From a candidate division FCPU426 bacterium (lineage in GTDB: Bacteria > Oederibacteriota > Muellerivitia > Muellerivitales > Muellerivitaceae): a stretch of DNA of 64,000 bases. The DNA is taken from the NCBI GenBank assembly GCA_963771075.1, contig CAVYSE010000018.1, forward strand, positions 220,558 to 284,557. Direction: 5' to 3'. Below, piece after piece: positions 8,281-16,466 of this stretch (position 1 is its first letter; the number at the start of each line of letters is the position of its first letter). Below the pieces are notes generated by a model. It saw only the letters and a list, made by a program, of their open reading frames with translations. It was not told where the DNA came from and ran no database searches. The translations under genes and the position numbers were made by a program.

Positions 8281-11200
8281 ATGATACGTGGAGACCTTTT
8301 TTCTAAAGAGTTTTTGGTTGATGGAATTCGTGAGTTTCCGGAGTGGAATCAACTCAAAGCCGAAACTATTGCCGAGTTTAAAACGGCTTTAATTGCCATC
8401 TTTTCTAAATTTCCAATTTCCAAAAGCCCAAATGAAGCCACCACTGAACGTGACCTAATTGAACCGATTCTAAAACAACTATCTTGGGTTGATTACCTTC
8501 CCCAACAAACCGCCGCTAAAAAAGGCCGTTCTGATGTTCCGGATTTTTTGTTATTTGCAAATAATGAGGATAAGGATAAAGCGAACAAAGAAAATGAAGA
8601 ATCTAGTCGTTATCGGCATGGTTTATCAATTTTAGAAGCAAAAGCTTGGGACATTTCCTTAGACAGAGGGATAGGCAAAGGAAAATCCCAAGGTTCTGTC
8701 CCTTCCCATCAAATCCTCCGTTATATGAGTCGTGTGGAGATCCTATCTGAAAAGAAAATTAAATGGGGATTTTTAACAAACGGAAGGTTTTGGCGAATCT
8801 ATTATCAAGATGCCAAGTCTCGGTCGGAAGAATTCCTTGAAATGGATTTGAAAGTAATTTTAGGCTTGGAAGGCGCAGGGCCTGAGTTATTTAATCAGGA
8901 GGACTTGTATAACCAAGATTGGCTTAAAGTTTTTTATATTCTTTTTGGGAAAGAATACTTTTTAAAACGGGATGTTGATAGAAAGTCATTCCATGATCGT
9001 GTTGTTGAGACTGCAAAGTATTGGGAAGAACAAGTATCCAAAGGTTTGAGCGATGTTGTTTTTAATATAGTTTTTCCTCTTTTGGCAGAAGGATTCTATT
9101 TGGGTTCAAAAAAAAGAAATTCTTCACCAAAACCAAATCTACAAGAAGTTCGTGATGGAACCCTAACAATTCTTTATCGCCTATTATTCGTTTTTTATGC
9201 GGAAGATAGATCGTTATTACCTGTAAATGATACGCGTTATGTAAATTATGGGTTGAGGCAAAATATTCGCCAAGACATAGCGGATAGAAAAGATAGGCAA
9301 GATACTTTCAGCGAAACCCAAACAAATTATTACCAAAGACTTAAAAATCTTTTTAGGGCTATAGATAAAGGGGACGCTTCAATTGGTCTTCCGCCTTATA
9401 ACGGGGGCTTGTTTGATAATCTTCAAAATTCACTTATCGAAGAGGTTGAACTCTCGGATCATTTAATGGCTGATGTTATTGATAATTTATCCAGGCATGA
9501 AGAAAACGGACAAAAGAAATGGATTAATTATCGGGACCTATCTGTGCAACATTTGGGGTCAATTTACGAACGGCTTCTCGCTTTTGAGTTAGTTCTTAAC
9601 AAAGGAAAAGTTGAGGTGCGGCCTAGTATCTTTTCTAGAAAAACAAGCGGCGGTTACTATACTCCGGAGGTGTTGGTTCGATTAATTTTGAGTAAGACGA
9701 TAGGGCCAATTCTCGAAGAGAAAAAACAAAAATTCTTATTAAAGGCACAAGAGCTAGGAAAAATTAAATCCAACAAACAGAATAATATAAAGGAACTTGA
9801 AGAACTTGATCCTGCTGAAAATATCTTAAAATTAAGATTTTGTGACCCTGCAATGGGAAGTGGGCATTTCCTAGTTTCTTTAGTGGACTTCCTTGCAGAT
9901 TGCATTTTGGAAGCCACTGTTGAAGCTCAAAATGTTGTTGAGGAAGAATTGGAAGGCTTGAATTATGTTTCGCCCCTTCTCAAGGAAATTTCTGACATTC
10001 AAATCAAAATATCTGAAAAAGGGAAACGACAACACTGGACCATTTTTACAAGCCAATTAGATGACCGGCATATTATTCGGCGTATGATCCTTAAACGTTG
10101 TGTTTATGGTATTGACAAAAACCCCATGGCCGTTGAACTGGCCAAAGTTTCTTTATGGTTACATACCTTTACAGTTGGTGCCCCATTATCTTTCTTAGAT
10201 CACCATTTGAAATGTGGGGATTCCTTGTTTGGAGAGTTTACTTTTGAATTAGAAGATTATTTAAGGTCGCGGGGTAGTTTAGTAATTGATGAAGCGGTGA
10301 AAATTGCAAAAGAAGCTGCCCAAGAAATAAAGAACATCGAAGAAATATCAGATATTGACTTGATTGAGATTAAAAACTCCGAAGAGAAATTTAATGCGAT
10401 TCGAAAAAGAGTTGATCCGATAAATAAATTTTATAGTTTTGTACATGCTGGACGTTGGATGGTTCGAGAAAACAGTGAAAACAAAATCCATTTTAACTCG
10501 ATTTTGGACGGCCAATATGGTGATCCCATTGATGTGGCTATTTCAAAGGATTTGCCTAAAACTATAAAAGAACCCGAAGCTATTCAATTTTGGAATTCGG
10601 CTAGAAAATTAGCTAATGAAGAAAGATTTTTTAATTGGGAAATAGCTTATCCGAGGGTTTGGGATAAATGGGAAGATAAATTACCAGTTGGTGGGTTTGA
10701 TGCCGTAATTGGAAATCCCCCTTGGGATAGGATGAAATTTCAGCAAGTTGAGTGGTTTGAAACTCGAAATCTGGAAATTGCAAAGGCTACAAGAGCCTCG
10801 GAACGGGAAAAGTTGATTGAAAAACTTAAGAAGAACAAAGATCCACTTTGGAATGATTTTGTTCTTGCTGATACCCGAACAAAGGTTGCGGTAGATGTCG
10901 CTCGAAATGAAGGTCAGTATCCCCTTCTCTCGGGAGGTGATGTAAACATTTACAGTCTTTTTGTTGAGCGTTCCCATAGGCTGGTTAAGAATGATGGGAT
11001 TGTCGGTTTGGTAATCCCATCGGGGATTGCTGGTGATAAAGGCTCATCCGAATTTTTTAAAAGTTTATCAACCTCAGGAAGACTGTCGGCATTATTTGAT
11101 TTCGAAAATAAAAAAGTATTTTTTCCTGATATTCATGCTTCTTTTAAATTTCTTTGTTATGTGGCTGGTGGAAAAGATAGAAAATTCGAAAATACATCGT

Positions 11201-12348
11201 GCGCTTATTTTCTTCATGATATTGACGAAATCAATGACCCTGAAAGATGTTTCAATTTAACTGCTGAAGACTTTTCCAGAGTCAATCCCAATACTGGAAC
11301 TGCGCCGATATTTAAATCAAAACGAGCAGCGATGTTAACCAAAGATATTTATAAGCGGAATGGCATCTTAAACGACCATAAAACTGGAAGCGCATGGCCA
11401 ATAAAATATTTCAACATGTTCCATATGACGAACGATTCAAACCTTTTTAAAACCCGAGAAGAACTCGAAAAAGATAATTTTTACCTCGTGGACGAAGGGA
11501 AAATGAAAAAAGGGAAATCGGAATATTTGCCGCTTTACGAAGGCAAAATGGTTCAAGCTTATGATCACAGAGCAGCGGGAATTAAAGTTAACTCGGAAAA
11601 TGTAAATCGACCAGCACAACCAGTTTCCACCTCTTTTGCAAATCATTCTGACCCTGAGTATTTCCCAACTCCACAATTTTGGGTTGAAGATAAAGAAGTT
11701 GATTCGAGATTAGCTGTTAATGAAAAAGATAAGCCTGGTTGGTATCTTTCTTTTAAAGACGTAACAGCTTCAACGAATATTAGGTCAATGATTTCTTCTT
11801 TTATACCGCGAAGGGCCGTGGGAAACACTTTACCCTTAATTTTATTTTCCGAAAATCGAAACGAATTGGGGCCTTTGCTTTTGGCGAATTTTAATTCTCT
11901 CCCGTTCGATTTTTTGTGTCGTCAAAAAATCCAGGGACAACATCTAAATTGGTACATAGTAGAACAAGTTCCGGTTATTTCTCCAACAAGGTTCGATGAG
12001 GTCATTGGAAAAAATAAAATCGGGGATCTAATTAGAAAATGCGTTTTAGAGTTAACTTACACTTCAAATGATATGAAAAAATTTGCTGAAGATATGGGTT
12101 TGATGCAGGGTCCATTTTCCTGGGATGAAGAAAAAAGGCGGCATTTGAAAGCAAGGATTGATGCGTTATTCTTTATGCTGTATGGCTTAGAAGATGATGA
12201 CGTTAAATTTGTAATGGAAGACTTTTCAATAATTAAAAAAGAAGATACTGAACAGTTTAGCGGTAAATTCGTTACTAGAGATTTGGTTTTAGGATATATG
12301 AGAGCTTATAAGGCCGGTGACGTTGATACGAAGTTGAGTCTTAAGTAA
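8281..12348 (+). CDS. Type IIG (Eco57I-like) fused restriction endonuclease / N6-adenine methyltransferase
   Basis: PDFLL...LEAK and LTNG nuclease module; GGYYTP, CDPAMGSGHFL (motif I), IGNPPW (motif IV); C-terminal TRD. Confidence 0.93.
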   Translation: MIRGDLFSKEFLVDGIREFPEWNQLKAETIAEFKTALIAIFSKFPISKSPNEATTERDLIEPILKQLSWVDYLPQQTAAKKGRSDVPDFLLFANNEDKDKANKENEESSRYRHGLSILEAKAWDISLDRGIGKGKSQGSVPSHQILRYMSRVEILSEKKIKWGFLTNGRFWRIYYQDAKSRSEEFLEMDLKVILGLEGAGPELFNQEDLYNQDWLKVFYILFGKEYFLKRDVDRKSFHDRVVETAKYWEEQVSKGLSDVVFNIVFPLLAEGFYLGSKKRNSSPKPNLQEVRDGTLTILYRLLFVFYAEDRSLLPVNDTRYVNYGLRQNIRQDIADRKDRQDTFSETQTNYYQRLKNLFRAIDKGDASIGLPPYNGGLFDNLQNSLIEEVELSDHLMADVIDNLSRHEENGQKKWINYRDLSVQHLGSIYERLLAFELVLNKGKVEVRPSIFSRKTSGGYYTPEVLVRLILSKTIGPILEEKKQKFLLKAQELGKIKSNKQNNIKELEELDPAENILKLRFCDPAMGSGHFLVSLVDFLADCILEATVEAQNVVEEELEGLNYVSPLLKEISDIQIKISEKGKRQHWTIFTSQLDDRHIIRRMILKRCVYGIDKNPMAVELAKVSLWLHTFTVGAPLSFLDHHLKCGDSLFGEFTFELEDYLRSRGSLVIDEAVKIAKEAAQEIKNIEEISDIDLIEIKNSEEKFNAIRKRVDPINKFYSFVHAGRWMVRENSENKIHFNSILDGQYGDPIDVAISKDLPKTIKEPEAIQFWNSARKLANEERFFNWEIAYPRVWDKWEDKLPVGGFDAVIGNPPWDRMKFQQVEWFETRNLEIAKATRASEREKLIEKLKKNKDPLWNDFVLADTRTKVAVDVARNEGQYPLLSGGDVNIYSLFVERSHRLVKNDGIVGLVIPSGIAGDKGSSEFFKSLSTSGRLSALFDFENKKVFFPDIHASFKFLCYVAGGKDRKFENTSCAYFLHDIDEINDPERCFNLTAEDFSRVNPNTGTAPIFKSKRAAMLTKDIYKRNGILNDHKTGSAWPIKYFNMFHMTNDSNLFKTREELEKDNFYLVDEGKMKKGKSEYLPLYEGKMVQAYDHRAAGIKVNSENVNRPAQPVSTSFANHSDPEYFPTPQFWVEDKEVDSRLAVNEKDKPGWYLSFKDVTASTNIRSMISSFIPRRAVGNTLPLILFSENRNELGPLLLANFNSLPFDFLCRQKIQGQHLNWYIVEQVPVISPTRFDEVIGKNKIGDLIRKCVLELTYTSNDMKKFAEDMGLMQGPFSWDEEKRRHLKARIDALFFMLYGLEDDDVKFVMEDFSIIKKEDTEQFSGKFVTRDLVLGYMRAYKAGDVDTKLSLK

Positions 12349-12494
12349 TAAATTCAAAATTATCAAATCAGCCCAGAGTGACCGACATTTTCTTAAAAAA
12401 CATCTTTTGCCTGCACATGGCCCTCCCAAAAAGGATGGTGTGCAACCACTGACAAACACTTACCGGGCGACTATTACGATAAAATGGTCGAAAT

Positions 12495-12690
12495 CCTGAT
12501 TTCTGGCCTTCGGCCTGTTCAATTTCGACACGTAGCAACGTCTGCTTGAGGGCAGACGGCTACGAGACAGATTGTGGACCAGCAATTGGAGGCAGAAGTC
12601 CATTAATCGCAAAATGGCTCCGCCAGCTATTCGACTTCTGCACAATTCACCTTTGCTTGAGAGCAAAGGGAATAGAAGGCGGGGATCAGG
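12495..12690. ncRNA. Candidate structured RNA with pseudoknot (family unknown)
   Basis: Several perfect helices in an intergenic region; see finding. Confidence 0.4.
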
Positions 12691-12931
12691 CTGGCTTATG
12701 TTTTGAATGAGATTTTTAAGTAAGGATTTAACCACGAAGGAGCGGAGGCGCGGAGACACAGAGTAAAGAAGGAGAGAACCACCCCCCCTTAAACAGCCGC
12801 CTTGATTTTCATGACTGGTGACTGTTATTTGCTCCTTTATCACGTCATATACAGCGACACTTTCTCAATCTACCCCCGTCATAACCTCGTAAGTTTTTAA
12901 TCTTATAAGCAAAAATCTTGGAGGTTTTTTC

Positions 12932-13564
12932 ATGACGAAGTTACTCAAAAACATAGGTCTGGGCGTTCTCGCCTCAGGTCTTTTTTTTGGTTCGGTTCTG
13001 GCTGTTTATGCGGATGATGCCGCAACGAAGGATGATAACGGCACAGCCCAAAAGGGCGACCATGGATGGAACAAAAAGGGTTGTGGGGATATGTGGAAGA
13101 AAAAGTTCGGTTTAACCGACGACCAATCCCAAAAACTCAAGGATCTTTTCAAGAAACAACGCGAAGATACCCAGGCCCTGGCCGATCAAGTCAAGGTAGA
13201 CACAGACACACTGAGATTGAAGGTGGATACCAAGGCTTCTGATGATGATATCAAAGCTCTCTTAGACACCCTCTCGGCTGATAAAAAGCAATTGAAGGCC
13301 AAGCGTGAAACCTTTAGCGACCAGTTCAAATCCATCCTGACACCCACCCAGCAAGCCAAATTCCTACTCGAAAAAAGGGGACATTGGGGCCATGGAAAGT
13401 TTGGTTGTCCCGGCGAATTGAAAGGCCAGGGCGGTCCTGATGGCAAAAAGGGAACTGGCGTGAAACATAAAGGACACGGGAAGAAGAAAGGCGCTTCTAC
13501 CGCTACCTCCACACCCACCGATAACGACGCATCCGCCACCCCGGCTTCTGGTGACACCAACTAA
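12932..13564 (+). CDS. Spy/CpxP-family periplasmic chaperone
   Basis: Signal peptide, two LTxxQ motifs (LTDDQ, LTPTQ), GGAGG RBS. Confidence 0.85.
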   Translation: MTKLLKNIGLGVLASGLFFGSVLAVYADDAATKDDNGTAQKGDHGWNKKGCGDMWKKKFGLTDDQSQKLKDLFKKQREDTQALADQVKVDTDTLRLKVDTKASDDDIKALLDTLSADKKQLKAKRETFSDQFKSILTPTQQAKFLLEKRGHWGHGKFGCPGELKGQGGPDGKKGTGVKHKGHGKKKGASTATSTPTDNDASATPASGDTN

Positions 13565-13587
13565 TCCATCTTTTTAATAAGCAGGTC

Positions 13588-13624
13588 AAAGCCTTCCAGC
13601 TCCCCCGCTGGAAGGCTTTTTTTT
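13588..13624 (+). terminator. Intrinsic terminator
   Basis: GCCTTCCAGC/GCTGGAAGGC stem followed by T8. Confidence 0.85.
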
Positions 13625-13875
13625 GCCAATTTTTCTTCCAATGCCCTACAAAAGACCCTTATGCAAGGGGACTATTACGATAAAATGGTCAAAATCCTTC
13701 TCAACAAGCTTTTCAAGTAAATGAGAAAAGGGGGCCAGGCCAACAGATAACACTTTAGGATGTTCACCTTTAATTACGTCCTTTTTCGGGTATCGCGTAC
13801 ATCACCCCGCCATCAACATCAGCTGACAGTCCGCCCATGAACCAGAACTCTACGAGTACGGTTCAGGGCGCGGCA

Positions 13876-14051
13876 GCCCTTCGAGAGCCTCAGGGCAGGT
13901 CGACAGGGAAGGCCCCAAAAGACAGACGGCCCCAATTGTCCGAAGCAATTGGGATCACCAAAACTTGCCTCTCACCTTGTGGGTTCGAGGCAGGAGACAG
14001 TCCGTAGCCCTTCGATGGTTCGATGCACTACGTTTACTCACCACTCAGGGC
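13876..14051. repeat. REP-like GCCCTTCGA...CTCAGGGC elements
   Basis: Copies at 13876-13896 and 14007-14051; the second has a nested TGGTTCGA...CTCACCA unit. Confidence 0.6.
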
Positions 14052-14171
14052 GGGTTGGTTTTTGGCTATTGGAGATTGGGAAAAAAACAAGAATAGAGAA
14101 GGTGCTCCGGGCAAGTGAAGTTAGGGGTTAGAAGTTTTAGACAATGCTAACAACCAAAAGCCAACATGGTT

Positions 14172-14576
14172 TCAAACGCGCCAAATTTCCAAAAACTCCG
14201 ATGGGGATACGATGCGGGTTTTGCCGGCCGATCCATGGGGAAAATCCTTTTTATTTCCAGTGACCAGGTAATCCGTTTTCGAGCCCAGGGCCACTTCCGC
14301 GAAAGCCTCATCCGTTGGGTCCGGAAGCCGTTTTTTGAGGGGAAGGGACGAGCCTAAGAGTCCCTTGGTCTCAAGAACGGCCAATAGGCGCGCTGTTTCG
14401 GCGGGATCAAACGCGAATTTCGGCCGGGCTAAGACCAGGTGATATTCCAGGAGAATCCGGACGTCATAACAAACCTGGAAACGCCCGGCGACCGCCATTT
14501 GAATGACCGTTCCGGAAGGGCCGCTGGGTTTGATCAGCCCTGAAACCAAAATATTAGTGTCGAGTACGGCCTTCAA
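14172..14576 (-). CDS. PIN-domain toxin (TIGR00305-like)
   Basis: VLDTNILVSGL, DPTDEAF, YLVTGNKKDF. Confidence 0.92.
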   Translation of the reverse strand: MKAVLDTNILVSGLIKPSGPSGTVIQMAVAGRFQVCYDVRILLEYHLVLARPKFAFDPAETARLLAVLETKGLLGSSLPLKKRLPDPTDEAFAEVALGSKTDYLVTGNKKDFPHGSAGKTRIVSPSEFLEIWRV

Positions 14577-14701
14577 CCGCGAAGGCTCCGGCGCACCTTG
14601 CGGATTTCATCCTGGATCTCATGATCGGTCATCAAAGTCAAACGCGGGTGTTTTGAACGTCCACTCGCCAAAGAAGCGTGGCGATTTTTAGATGACAACA
14701 T
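14573..14701 (-). CDS. Short putative antitoxin (42 aa, below the ORF-track cutoff)
   Basis: Ends ...MTDHEIQDEIRKVRRSLRG*; its stop overlaps the PIN start (TTGA). Confidence 0.55.
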   Translation of the reverse strand: MLSSKNRHASLASGRSKHPRLTLMTDHEIQDEIRKVRRSLRG

Positions 14702-14844
14702 CGCGTTTAACAAGCCAATTTGATAAACGGCTCGGCTTTTAATCTAATAGACTTAATTGAGGTAAAAAATAAGGACATTAAGGCTTATATAAATATAAAT
14801 AAGTGAATAAAAACCTTATATTTAGGCTATAATAAAAGACATTT

Positions 14845-16014
14845 ATGAGGACATTTAAAGAGACACATCCGTGGATAAAATTCGATTTCGACCTAAAAAA
14901 GGCCGATTCTGGGCTTTGGCTTGCCCTGGGAGAGGCCGATTCCAAGTGTGAGCATATCGCCGGGGTACCTTTAAGGCCGCAAACCGCCAAAGAATTACTA
15001 ACTTTGTATCTGGCCCGTGGCATCAGGGCCACGACTGCTATTGAGGGGAACACCCTTTCCGAAGCAGAGGTTCTTAGCCGTATCGAGGGTAAAAAGGTAT
15101 TGCCCCCTTCCAAGGAATACCTGGGCATTGAGATAGACAACATCCTTCGCGTTTATAACCGGATGGTCGAAGGCATTATCCAAAAGAAAATTGGCTTACC
15201 CGATGCGGAAACCATCTGCAGTTTCAACCGCGAAGTACTGAAAGATCTTCAACTTCAAAAAGATGTCGTGCCTGGCACGATCCGCAAACACGGGGTAGGC
15301 GTCGGGCTTTATCGGGGCGCGCCGCAGGAGGATTGCGAATACCTTCTTGAGCGTCTTTGCGAATGGATAAGGTCAAAAGATTTTCCCGCGTCTCGATACC
15401 CGGGTGTGGTCGGCGGGGTTATCACCGCGGTGGTCGCTCACATTTATTTTGAATGGATTCATCCCTTTGGCGACGGTAACGGCCGGACGGGCCGTTTAAT
15501 TGAACTTAAAATTCTTTTGGAGTCAGGTATTCCGCAACCAGCGGCCCATCTTTTAAGTAATCATTACAACGCGACCAGGACTGAATATTACCGGCAGTTG
15601 GAAAATGCCAGCGTCAATGGCGGCGATATCCTTCCGTTTCTTCAATATGCGGTTCAGGGTTTTGTGGACGGTCTTCGAGAACAATTAAAAACTATACGAA
15701 AACAACAATTTGATGTTACTTGGAACAATTACATTTTTCGAAAATTCAAAGACAAAGAAGGTAAAAACGACAAAAGGAAACTTCTGTTAATGTTGGCGCT
15801 CTCCAATGTTGAAGGAGAAATCTCAACCCGGGAAATAACCCGCTTAAATGCTGAGTTGGCTTTGGCATATCGAGATAAGACAAGTAAAACATTAACCAGG
15901 GATTTAAACGACCTCAAGGAAATGGATTTGATTGAATCAAAGCGCGGGAGCGTAAAAGCCAAGAGAGAAACAATTTTGGCTTTCCTGCCCCTTCGAAAAG
16001 AATGGTTCTTATGA
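14845..16014 (+). CDS. Fic-family protein with C-terminal HTH
   Basis: HPFGDGNGRTGR Fic motif; TTAIEGN inhibitory-helix motif; KTLTRDLNDL HTH. Confidence 0.95.
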   Translation: MRTFKETHPWIKFDFDLKKADSGLWLALGEADSKCEHIAGVPLRPQTAKELLTLYLARGIRATTAIEGNTLSEAEVLSRIEGKKVLPPSKEYLGIEIDNILRVYNRMVEGIIQKKIGLPDAETICSFNREVLKDLQLQKDVVPGTIRKHGVGVGLYRGAPQEDCEYLLERLCEWIRSKDFPASRYPGVVGGVITAVVAHIYFEWIHPFGDGNGRTGRLIELKILLESGIPQPAAHLLSNHYNATRTEYYRQLENASVNGGDILPFLQYAVQGFVDGLREQLKTIRKQQFDVTWNNYIFRKFKDKEGKNDKRKLLLMLALSNVEGEISTREITRLNAELALAYRDKTSKTLTRDLNDLKEMDLIESKRGSVKAKRETILAFLPLRKEWFL

Positions 16015-16178
16015 AAATCCCCTATGTGATCGACAACCAAAATAACCGCATGGCCGACATATTAAGCGCGCTCCTGACGGAACACCGAGACCGGTCCTTG
16101 GATGTGGCGACCGCTTAATTTACGGTTGGCGGTTTTGGTTTGTTGAAAGAAGGTTTGTCCCATTTTGGAAGTTTTCGT
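16011..16178 (+). pseudogene. N-terminal remnant of a PLD/SNF2-type helicase gene
   Basis: MKIPYVIDNQ...SLDVATA*FTVGGFGLLKEGL...FR; ATGA overlap with Fic; in-frame TAA at 16116-16118. Confidence 0.6.
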
Positions 16179-16466
16179 CCTGACTTCTTTTGTTTTAGGG
16201 TTAGTCATTAATTATTTATATTTTCTTTGCGCTTTGCTTATCCCACGGATTGTTTTATAGGATCAAGTGACAGTCCCGATGATCCCCCCGATAAGTCCCG
16301 ACAGTCCCTCATCAAACAAAAACTGTTGTCTTTTTGTCCGATTGAAAGGTTCAACCAACCCGCCGGCCTAAAAAAATAAACCCCTGTTCATTTTTTGTTT
16401 TTCTTCTCTTTTCCCCGGGTGTTTACTAAGCCCATCTACCACGCAATTCTATTTTTGGAGGTCCCC

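Larger units (their letters stand above)
12469..13698 (+). repeat. 29-bp direct repeat pair (12469-12497 and 13670-13698)
   Basis: GACTATTACGATAAAATGGTC(G/A)AAATCCT, 28/29 identical, flanking the Spy-like gene. Confidence 0.85.

Noticed and set aside
12460..12843. 127-aa minus-strand ORF
   Set aside because: No motif or RBS; overlaps the hairpin-rich region.
12874..12893. c-di-AMP (ydaO) riboswitch 3' motif CCCGTCA..TAACCTCGTAAG
   Set aside because: The 5' conserved elements are absent; more likely chance or part of a promoter.
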